DNA of 64,000 bases, from NCBI GenBank assembly GCA_946402735.1, contig CAMIXH010000003.1, forward strand, positions 65,472 through 129,471, written 5' to 3'. The DNA is from an uncultured Mycoplasmatota bacterium (GTDB lineage Bacteria > Bacillota_I > Bacilli_A > RF39 > UBA660). Shown in pieces: positions 38,586-48,000 of the stretch. Under the pieces are notes generated by a model. The model searched no databases. It saw only the letters and a list, made by a program, of their open reading frames with translations, and was not told where the DNA came from. Each line of letters begins with the position of its first letter. Positions within the stretch are counted from its first letter, which is position 1. The position numbers and the translations under genes were made by a program.

Positions 38586-41123
38586 TTAAAATAATGACAA
38601 AACATATATTTTTAATATGAAAAATGCAAATGCTATAAATGATATAGTAAACAATGGATAAACTATTATTTTACTATTCATAAAACGTAGCTTTTTATTA
38701 ATTAGATTTAGTACAACAAATATTAGAAGTGAAACCACTGATATTATAGCCCCCATCTTAAACCATTTTTGTTTATATACTACTTCAATTACATTATTAC
38801 CCTTCTTAACATCTATAGATAACAAGTTATATAAATTGCATTTATAATCAACTTTTTCACCATTAACTCTTACTTCATAATTAGAAGTATAATTAATTGG
38901 TAATAATACACTTGTATCTTCTAAAGCATTATATGTGTATGTTTTAGTTGTACCACTAGTTTTTACACTAACATCTTGATTTCCATATGTATTTATAAAT
39001 TTATTAAATTCAGTTTCATCAAATTCATACAATGTATAATTCATATCTATATTAGGTAATCCAAATTTAACAATTCCATCAACATTACTTTCGAAAGATA
39101 CCATATCTACAAAATACCTAATTGAAATATCTTTATAATATGAGATTTCTTTTTCTTTATACTTAAAGTCTAAATCTACTTGCTCTTGATTCTTCAATTT
39201 TTCATTTGCCTGATCTTTATCAAACTGAATAAACAATATATAAGTTTTACCCTTTTTTGCATTAAATACTAAATAATCATCTTGTATTTTAGAATTAATA
39301 CTATTATAAATATCTTTATTACCATTAAATAATGTTTTGTAAATCTTATTTGAATTAGCAAACACATCTTCTTCTGTTTCATTATATTCTTTTCCGTTAT
39401 ATGGAATTAAATAACTTAGATTATTAATAGCCTTATAATAATTGATATCATCTTTTGAAGTTATTAATTCGTAATACTTTTCATTTAGTTTTCTGCTTGT
39501 TATATAGTACTTGTTTTGCATTAAAGCATTATTAAAGAGATTACCACCTTTTGAATTTATTATAGTATCAGTACCACTATATCCCAAGTATTCTCTTTGA
39601 TCAATTTCACTTTGCTCTACAAAATGAATTCTATTTTCAAGACTAGGTACTTCCAATATATATGGAAAGTTCATATTAGTATCGGATAATTCTAAAACAT
39701 AATTATAATTATCATTTACTAAATCAAATTTATCTCTTAATGTTTGCATAATCAAAGATGTTTGATCTGGTAAGAATTGCATGTATAAAAGACCAAAGTT
39801 TAATGATTGCATTGTTACTAATACTGCTGTTAAGATTATTGCTTTCTTTTTATCATTTTTTAATATTAGCATGTATGCAATTATATAAACTATAAAGATA
39901 ACTAATAAAACTATGTAACTAGGTGTTTGAATATATCCACTTGCATAGTAGTTACCATCATAGAAGTCTTTTCTTGTCACCAAGAACGTGATAACTATAT
40001 TAATCATTAAAAATACAGGAACTAGTATTTTTAAATAACTAGTGTTTTTAGCAGGTTTATAATTGTTATTTAAATAATAAATACTTGTTAATATCATAAA
40101 GAACATTATTTGAAATCCATATCTTAATGGGAATCCAGAATGTGATCCTGTATGCCATAAAGCATTTATTGGTTCAATAAACACTCCAAGTAGTAGCATA
40201 GCTAACATAGCAATAATAAACTTATTATATTTTTTATCTTTCTTAACAAATAATTGTTTAATACATAAAACAAAAGGTATTGCTAAAGTAAATAGATATG
40301 ATGACTTTTCAATAAAGTAAGCAAATATACCATCATTACTTGCATTATTAGCCATTCTAGCACTACTACGAGCAAACATAAATCCTGGTAAGAATAATAT
40401 GCATGACATTAATAAAGAAAATAATGTACATACTAATACTTTAATAGCTTTCTCTTTTTTATGATCAGTTTTCATAAATATTAAAGCAAGTCCTGTTGTT
40501 CCAATTATGAATAATAAATCTAACCATGCTATATAATAATTCAACAATAATGTTATTGTTAATAATACAGTATAAAGTTTCCAATTACCCTTCTCTAATA
40601 GCTCTTTTAATGAATAAACAAGTAATGGATATATTGCTATTGCATCTAAATACAATAAATTAGTAGACATTATAAAGAAATAACAACTAAGTGAATATAT
40701 TAAAGTAAATATACATTTATATAATCCTTCTGTTTTAGGGAATATTTTTCCAATAGCTATATATGTCATTAAAGAAATAAATGCCATTTTTAATAAAAAT
40801 ACATATGAAATTGTATATGGAATACTATCTCTACTAAATAATCCAATTATCCAACATAGTGGAGAAATAAAACCATTTCCTATTAAAGAACCAAATGCAT
40901 TTAATCCACTTCCAAGATTCCAATCGAAAAGTGCAGTACTTCTAAAATGTAACACATCCCATAATTTATAATATGCAGGGATATATCCACTATCAAAATC
41001 TATTAATGTAATAGTTCTTGATCCAAATGGGTATATATTACTGCAATAAAAAATAATACCATACCCCGCAATAGTTAATAAAACGCATATAAGTAAATAC
41101 TTATCAAATTTAAATTTTTTCAT
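38586..41123 (-). CDS. YfhO-family polytopic membrane glycosyltransferase
   Basis: 845 aa. The N-terminus YPFGSRTITLIDFDSGYIPAYYKLWDVL...WNLGSGLNAFG matches the YfhO signature. Many TMs and a C-terminal extracytoplasmic domain. Confidence 0.8.
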   Translation of the reverse strand: MKKFKFDKYLLICVLLTIAGYGIIFYCSNIYPFGSRTITLIDFDSGYIPAYYKLWDVLHFRSTALFDWNLGSGLNAFGSLIGNGFISPLCWIIGLFSRDSIPYTISYVFLLKMAFISLMTYIAIGKIFPKTEGLYKCIFTLIYSLSCYFFIMSTNLLYLDAIAIYPLLVYSLKELLEKGNWKLYTVLLTITLLLNYYIAWLDLLFIIGTTGLALIFMKTDHKKEKAIKVLVCTLFSLLMSCILFLPGFMFARSSARMANNASNDGIFAYFIEKSSYLFTLAIPFVLCIKQLFVKKDKKYNKFIIAMLAMLLLGVFIEPINALWHTGSHSGFPLRYGFQIMFFMILTSIYYLNNNYKPAKNTSYLKILVPVFLMINIVITFLVTRKDFYDGNYYASGYIQTPSYIVLLVIFIVYIIAYMLILKNDKKKAIILTAVLVTMQSLNFGLLYMQFLPDQTSLIMQTLRDKFDLVNDNYNYVLELSDTNMNFPYILEVPSLENRIHFVEQSEIDQREYLGYSGTDTIINSKGGNLFNNALMQNKYYITSRKLNEKYYELITSKDDINYYKAINNLSYLIPYNGKEYNETEEDVFANSNKIYKTLFNGNKDIYNSINSKIQDDYLVFNAKKGKTYILFIQFDKDQANEKLKNQEQVDLDFKYKEKEISYYKDISIRYFVDMVSFESNVDGIVKFGLPNIDMNYTLYEFDETEFNKFINTYGNQDVSVKTSGTTKTYTYNALEDTSVLLPINYTSNYEVRVNGEKVDYKCNLYNLLSIDVKKGNNVIEVVYKQKWFKMGAIISVVSLLIFVVLNLINKKLRFMNSKIIVYPLFTISFIAFAFFILKIYVLSLF

Positions 41124-41165
41124 TTTCTCAAATCCTCTTCTAATACTAATTATACAATATTTCCA

Positions 41166-41197
41166 ATAAAAAAAATATCTAAATAAATTAGATATTT
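41166..41197 (-). terminator. terminator after dockerin-pilin gene
   Basis: Arms aaatatctaa (41173-41182) and ttagatattt (41188-41197). An A-run upstream gives a U-tract on the minus strand. Confidence 0.6.
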
Positions 41198-41204
41198 TTA
41201 TTTT

Positions 41205-42017
41205 TTAATGTGAATTAGCAAGTGCTGTCTTCATTCTTTCTAAATCAGCAGTGTTAATAGTTCCATTACTATCTGTATCAGCAATGATTCTTTGTCTTGC
41301 TGTTAAACCACCAGTATTACATGTATTCTTGCTTAAGCATCCTGCTATTATATCTACATCTGTTTGATTGAAGTTTCCATCTCCATTAACATCTAGAGGT
41401 GTTCCACTATATAATGCTTTCTTTAATAAGATAACATCTATATTATTACATGTATTATCATTGTTAACATCAATAACACTCTTCTTATCGCCACAAGATC
41501 CACGATTTAATGAAATGAATTGTTCAATTAGTGGAATATCATCTTCACTAAAGTTTCCATCTCCATTAAAATCTCCAGTAGTTGTTGAATAAATAATATT
41601 GAATTCTCCTGTTGTTTCAGTTGTTTCTAAAATACCAGTTATGAATGTATTTACTTCAATATCAGTTCCATTATTCTTAATTATTGTTTCACCTGTATTA
41701 GTTCTTATTCTAATTGTTGCTTTTGGTGGATATTCATAAATATCATAAAAGTCTAATTGATAAGTTCTATCAGGATTAACACTTTCAGCAAATCTTCTTG
41801 TAAATACTGAAACAAATTTTTCTCTAGACATAACTAATTTTCCAGATTTCATATATGTTCCATAATCGATAGCATCATACATAGATGCTCTTAGTATTTC
41901 TCTACTTAAATAATAATCTTGTTCATTTGTTGTTGTTAAATTTTGTACTAGGAATAATACAGCTATAATAACTAATCCTAGACCAATAATCATATAACCC
42001 CACATGGATTCTTTCAT
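41205..42017 (-). CDS. pilin-like (TadE-type leader) protein with two C-terminal dockerin modules
   Basis: Leader MKESMWG plus the helix YMIIGLGLVIIAVLFLV. Four EF-hand loops: DFNGDGNFSEDD, DVNNDNTCNNID, DVNGDGNFNQTD and DTDSNGTINTAD, each followed by an amphipathic helix. Confidence 0.55.
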   Translation of the reverse strand: MKESMWGYMIIGLGLVIIAVLFLVQNLTTTNEQDYYLSREILRASMYDAIDYGTYMKSGKLVMSREKFVSVFTRRFAESVNPDRTYQLDFYDIYEYPPKATIRIRTNTGETIIKNNGTDIEVNTFITGILETTETTGEFNIIYSTTTGDFNGDGNFSEDDIPLIEQFISLNRGSCGDKKSVIDVNNDNTCNNIDVILLKKALYSGTPLDVNGDGNFNQTDVDIIAGCLSKNTCNTGGLTARQRIIADTDSNGTINTADLERMKTALANSH

Positions 42018-42072
42018 ATATATACCTCTCTTCTATCTTACTGATATAATTATAACAAATTTTTTTTGGTTT

Positions 42073-42714
42073 TTAAATACCATGTTTAACTTTTCTATAT
42101 TTATCACTAAATAATGATATAGAAAGAATAGTACTAATTACTGCTAAAAGTATTTTAATGCCCCAAGTAGTTAAGAAAGTCATTACTTTTGACATCATCG
42201 TTTCTTCTGTTTCTACCTCTTCTTTAGTAGTTTTTTGACTAATAGTATGATTATAATTATAAATTGATTTTTCTAATAATGATTTAGTAACTTCAACGTT
42301 AGTAAATTGTGACTTACACATAAGTAGAGTTTCTTCATAACCATTACACATACTACTACCATAATATTTATTAAAATAAGGCTCTTTTGTTACGATTCTT
42401 TTTAAAGCAGTGCAACCATCATCTCCATAAATATCAATGGATACTTTTTCACCACAAGGTATTTTAGAAATAACTATTGTATTATCAGATCCTACTTTAT
42501 ATTTCTTATCATTATATTCAGCATACATTCCTCCAAATAAGTTATAAATTGTTATTGTAAAAGAATTAGCTGATTTTATATAGTTGTTATCATAAGTAAT
42601 ATCTTCTGATAAACTTATATACTCCTTATGTTTCTCCTTATCACAAGTTTTTTCTTCATCTGCATAAACAATAAAAGGAATCATTAATAGTATTAATAAA
42701 ACTATTTTTTTCAT
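42073..42714 (-). CDS. exported Cys-containing protein with C-terminal TM anchor (paralog of 48699..49355)
   Basis: Signal peptide and a C-terminal TM plus basic tail. SIDIYGDDGCTALKRIVTKEPYFNKYYGSSMCNGYEETLLMCKSQFTN aligns with TIEVYGNKESKCDGQLLKKLSYTVPRFNRKVKDARCVGNSDLELCKTFTN. Confidence 0.5.
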   Translation of the reverse strand: MKKIVLLILLMIPFIVYADEEKTCDKEKHKEYISLSEDITYDNNYIKSANSFTITIYNLFGGMYAEYNDKKYKVGSDNTIVISKIPCGEKVSIDIYGDDGCTALKRIVTKEPYFNKYYGSSMCNGYEETLLMCKSQFTNVEVTKSLLEKSIYNYNHTISQKTTKEEVETEETMMSKVMTFLTTWGIKILLAVISTILSISLFSDKYRKVKHGI

Positions 42715-44384
42715 TGCTTACCACCCTTTTCTTCTTTTAATAATACTGCATGTACTACAAGTCTTCTATTATTACCACCAGTACATGTAGATAATGTTAA
42801 TATTTTATCATTAACGCCAACTTTAGTATCATTCTTAAACATGCTTCTTTTTCTGATCATATTTATGAATTTTTCTTTATCTTTATTTGAACTAAATTTA
42901 ACTTTTAAATAATCAGTTGTGTAATCTACTTTATATACAGAGAATATTTTGAAACTCATTGTTCCTTTCTCTGTAGTTAAAGATATTACTAAATTATCCT
43001 CTTCTTTTCTCCAACTACTGTTAGTTACTTTTCTAAGTGTTCCAAACATAGTTCCATTTAACATACTATGTCCATATATTATTGTATTATCATCCATTTT
43101 TTTAACATTATTTCTATAATCAAAGAATAAAGCACCAATACTTGTTTTTCTCTTATAAATATCATGCTTTAAATAATAATTATTATCTGAATGCTTTAAT
43201 ACTGGATAAGATATTTTAGTATTTTTAACTATCAAATACCCTTGTACTTCTTTATTAATCTTTTTTAGCCCTTTTATTGAAGGAGTAAATGTATATCTAT
43301 CTGTAATTTCTTTCTCAGTTAATTTATTAGCATCTTCCATTCCATCTTCAGAAACTTCAGGAATATAAACTGATTCTTCTTCACCTAGTTCATCTAATTC
43401 GTCATCACTTGTATCTATAAAACTACTAGCATCACTTAATATTCTATTTCTCATTTGTTCTACATTGATTTCTTCAATATAATCATATGACTTTACTATT
43501 ATTAATGATACTACGCATACATAAATACATAATATTGATGCTAATTTTAAATTATTAAATGTTAATTGTTTAAATAAATTAGAACTCAAGAATGAATTAG
43601 CATATATTATTCTAAACTCACAAGTATAACTTTCTTTGCATTCATTACTTATTTTCTTTAACCATTCAAAGTTACTTACTATAAAGTCTCCTTTATCATA
43701 TCCTTGATGCAAATAAATAATTACATTTTTAGACTCATCATTTTTAACTTGTTTAACTATTGCTTCAATTAAACTTTTAGAATATGTATAAATATGAATA
43801 GCTTTAAGATTATAGTTTAATTTAAGAAACTCTCTTAAATCATCCATTACACCTGGATATTCCTCATTTATTTTAATTACCTTTTTATAATATAATGTAT
43901 CTATTTCAAAAGCATCTTGTTGCATTAAGAATCTATCACTTATTTTTATGTCAGATGAAAATACAACTTCACATCCTCTTTTTGAAAATTCATTTTTAAT
44001 CTCTTTAGGCATATAAAAGCAATATATATGTTTAAGTGTATTTAATTCTAGTAATTGATTATAATCAGTAAGACTAAGTGTAGAATCAAATTCTAAAACT
44101 AAAGTCTCAATACTTAGTTTTTTCATTACTTCAATTGGATATTTAAATGTTACTAATCTTAATATCTTTATTGAAGTAAATCCTCCGCTTGATAATACTC
44201 CAGTTATATCTTTTATATGTTTTTTAAAATATTTTAGATCATAATAAAGAGAATCTTTATAATAATTGTTTTTATTAATAAAGACAGTTTCATCATCAAG
44301 AAGCGTTCTATAATTAAACACTAATGTATTATCTAATTTTGTTAAAACAAAATATTCCTTCATTATATCTCCAATATTATACAT
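42711..44384 (-). CDS. class B-like sortase fused to a ~280-aa N-terminal cytoplasmic domain
   Basis: The C-terminal third carries NTIIYGHSM (His), ILTLSTCTGG (TLxTC Cys) and NRRLVVHAV (Arg). A TM (LASILCIYVCVVSLIIV) lies around residue 285. Confidence 0.7.
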   Translation of the reverse strand: MYNIGDIMKEYFVLTKLDNTLVFNYRTLLDDETVFINKNNYYKDSLYYDLKYFKKHIKDITGVLSSGGFTSIKILRLVTFKYPIEVMKKLSIETLVLEFDSTLSLTDYNQLLELNTLKHIYCFYMPKEIKNEFSKRGCEVVFSSDIKISDRFLMQQDAFEIDTLYYKKVIKINEEYPGVMDDLREFLKLNYNLKAIHIYTYSKSLIEAIVKQVKNDESKNVIIYLHQGYDKGDFIVSNFEWLKKISNECKESYTCEFRIIYANSFLSSNLFKQLTFNNLKLASILCIYVCVVSLIIVKSYDYIEEINVEQMRNRILSDASSFIDTSDDELDELGEEESVYIPEVSEDGMEDANKLTEKEITDRYTFTPSIKGLKKINKEVQGYLIVKNTKISYPVLKHSDNNYYLKHDIYKRKTSIGALFFDYRNNVKKMDDNTIIYGHSMLNGTMFGTLRKVTNSSWRKEEDNLVISLTTEKGTMSFKIFSVYKVDYTTDYLKVKFSSNKDKEKFINMIRKRSMFKNDTKVGVNDKILTLSTCTGGNNRRLVVHAVLLKEEKGGKQ

Positions 44385-44425
44385 AATAATAATATCATAA
44401 TTTTGAATAAAAAAAAATATGAAAC

Positions 44426-44956
44426 TTATTCAATTCCATATTTGTTTATAATATCTTGAAGGGTTCTATAGTTAATCATTCCCTTTGAACTATCTCTAGC
44501 TACTAAGGCATCTCCTTCTTTAATATATATTAATAAAGGAGCTTCATTAATATCTAGAGCTACATTAGGATATTTATTTCTTAACATTCCTATATATTCT
44601 TTATTTTTTAAATCTGTAACATCCCAATAAATAACTCTATCTGTGAGATTTTTATTTTCTATTTCTTTATATAGTTTATTTTCCATTCTATATATTTTTT
44701 TATCACCAGTATAACTTACATACATTATAGCTTCATTAGCTTCTAACATAGCATAATCAAAATCTTGAGTATTAATTTGATTAATTACTTTATTATTAGA
44801 GAAAATACCAATTTCAATTCTATTATTATCATAGTTTAAATAAACAGTTCTAACATATAAAGATAAAGCTATTACCAATAAAGATACACCAAATACTATA
44901 TAATAATTCTTTTTTGGTATCTTTCTTTCTGTTATTTTTTCAAATATTTTTTTCAT
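44426..44956 (-). CDS. membrane-anchored protein, possibly thioredoxin-fold without CxxC
   Basis: N-terminal TM. IMYVSYTGDKKIYRM and APLLIYIKEGDALV resemble the Trx-fold strand pattern, but no cysteines are present. The assignment is weak. Confidence 0.35.
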   Translation of the reverse strand: MKKIFEKITERKIPKKNYYIVFGVSLLVIALSLYVRTVYLNYDNNRIEIGIFSNNKVINQINTQDFDYAMLEANEAIMYVSYTGDKKIYRMENKLYKEIENKNLTDRVIYWDVTDLKNKEYIGMLRNKYPNVALDINEAPLLIYIKEGDALVARDSSKGMINYRTLQDIINKYGIE

Positions 44957-45014
44957 GATATCACCTACTAAATCTATGAATATTTTACCATATATTAATG
45001 TTGTTTTCCAACAA

Positions 45015-45046
45015 TAAAAAAGAAAGATTTTTAAAATCTTTCTTTA
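45015..45046 (-). terminator. terminator after giant gene 2
   Basis: Arms aagaaagatt(tt) (from 45021) and (aa)aatctttctt (to 45045). The upstream A-run gives a U-tract on the minus strand. Confidence 0.6.
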
Positions 45047-48000
45047 ATTCATATTATCAGTATTTACATTACCATATTGACCTGATCTATATTGTGAAGC
45101 GTTTCCTCTTAATACATCTAAGAAGTAACTATTACAATTGTAATAAATACCATCTACTGGATCCTTTTCACAATTATAAATTAGTTCATCAGAATATCCA
45201 CCATTACTATTGTTATATTCTTTAATATTTCTAATTTGTGTTGGATCTAATGTAATACTTGCATCTAAATACTTTTCATCAGTCTTTAGATCACTAGCAG
45301 AGTTTTCAATAGCTTCTTTTGCTTTTTGACCATTAGCAGTATTCCAGTTTGATCCTTCTTTAGTATTTCCTGATGGGAATAGATTTGCAGGATCAACGTT
45401 TCTATATAATGCTGCACTCTTATCTTCACAACTTGTCTTAGTTGGATCATCACAGTTTGGTTTTTGAACATCTACATAACATTTGAATGTATTGTCATCA
45501 TTAATTGTTAGTTTTTGAGTTGTATCATTTCTATAGAACATTAATGGTTTAATTGTTTGAGTTACTGTACATCTATGATATAAACCACCACTTAGTGAAG
45601 TTCTACAAGCATCTAAGTTGTAAGCATCTTTATCAACTGGATAAGAGAAGCTTGCTAATGTTAATAGGTTAGCATTTCCTGTTCCTCTAACAACTTTACC
45701 AGTTCCCATGTCTGCTTGGAATTTATCATTATTATAATAATTTATTTCAGCAGTTACTGTGAATCTAGCATAATCATTTGTTGGAACATCTATATTCTTA
45801 CCTCTAAATAATGTGTATGTCTTCTTTGCAGCTGGTTTATTTGCTGGGTAATTATATGATAATGCATCATTGTTTGGATCATATCCATAACATAATTCTC
45901 CAGTCTTATCTTTACAATAACTAATTCCTGATAACTTACCAGTAAATTTAGAAGCAGCACTGATATTATTTACTCTATTATTTGTTCCTGTTACATCTTT
46001 AATAAGTGCTCCAAATCCATATTTAATTGTATCAGCATTTGAACTTGTTGTCTTATTACCTTCTTTATCTGTTCCTAAACCATATGCATTATTTGAACTA
46101 TAAACTTCTTTAACTTTCTTCATTAATGAAGTTGTATAGTTACGTGGAATATCAACTCCAGCATTCTTGATTTGTTCGGTAGTATAGAAGTTACAATTAT
46201 AAATATCATAAATTATTTGATTTAAGTTGTCATTTCTTTCATTTTCGCCACTAGCTTTTGTTTTTAAGATATTAAATAATCCATCAAAAGTCTTAGTTTT
46301 CTTTAATTCTGTATATTCTTCAGAAGTTAAACCATAAGCAGTCTTTAATTCTTCTAAATTTCCTAAATGAGTATAGTAGATTTCAGATACACAATTTCTC
46401 TTTTCTGCTACGATACTTGTTAGTTTGTAATCTAACTTATTAGTTTTCTTAGCAGGGAATTCTATATCATACATGAATGTTTTACCAGATATAGCTTTTA
46501 CTTTATCTGCTAATGTATATTCAACTTCATCACTACAATATACTCTACAGAAGTTAGTATTAACACCAAAGTAACTACTATAATCGTATCTAGTCTTAGC
46601 AGCAGATTCATTTAAGTTAAGAATACACTTTAATGATGGATCTTTTACTGTTGCACTATATACTCCATTGTAATTATTTTGATCATTTACACACTTGTCG
46701 TCTCCCTCAGTTCTTAAGCTTGTGTCATCACATCCTCCTGCACACTTATAATTTGTTACTGAGAAAGTTGTTTCTGTTTCTTGTCTATCAACTTCAACTG
46801 GTTCTCCTTCTTCATGACCTTCTTCAGTTTCAGTCTCATCTTTGAAGAATGCGAATAATGTTTGATTGATATTAGCATTAGCACAAGAATAATACTTTCT
46901 TACGCTATAACTACTTCTTGTTCTTTCATAAGTTACTTTAATTTCAATATCTTTTCCAGCACTTTCTGTTATGTCACATATTGCAAAATTGAATTTTTCA
47001 GTTCTACATCCAGAACCTTTAATACATTTTTCCATTTCTTTTTCAGTTACAAGAATGTTTCCATCTTCGTCAACAACTTGAACTTTAACTTTACAATATG
47101 GTTTTATTTGAGCAATTACAGCATCTGCTTCACTAGCAGTTTTGCCTTCATTGATTAATTTTGTTCTTAATGCTCCTAATTCAGAATCAGTACATCCTAC
47201 TTGTTCATCATGAATTTCATTCCAGAATGATTCATGTTCGAATGATACTTCAATCCAAGATTCAGTAACTGTTTGAGCAGTTGCTTCTTCCATACTGAAT
47301 TCACTTTGTAATGTAGCTCCAGTTGGTTTAGAACCATCTCCACCACCAAATAATCTACTTAAGTGGTTCTTCATGTATTCGTTACCGATTACAGTATTGA
47401 AGAATAATTCAAATCCTACTAGATAATCAGAGTCATCACCACACATAACTCCTCTCATTGTTTTAACTTTAGCACTATTTTGATTTCTTAATTCCTCAGT
47501 AGTTAAGCAAGCAATCTTTTCAAATGTACTACCATTTAAAACTCCCATTGTATTTCCATTTTCTTCTGGTGGGATATGTGCGTATGTTTTAGCAACATCA
47601 TAGAATTTTTCTTTTGCTACATACATTATATAATCATGTGTATGTTTATAAACATTAACATACTCATCATTTTCATCTGTTGTATAGTATGTAATAGTCT
47701 TACAATCTGAACCACTTACATTTGCAATACCTGTTCTTTCATCTCCAGCTTGTCCAGAGTGAATAGACCAAAGTCTAAGTGCAGTATTAATTGCATCATC
47801 GCTTGTATTATAATAAGCACCTTCGATTAATATGTTAGCATAACCACAATCTACAGTACTATAACTGCTTGCACAGTCATAAACATTAAATGAATCATCA
47901 TATTGATAATTACCTACTCCACCATTGAACTTTTGACTTGGGTTAACACAATATGCTGGTTGACCATCTATTTCAAAGTCAGGAGTACAAGCTTCTATAT

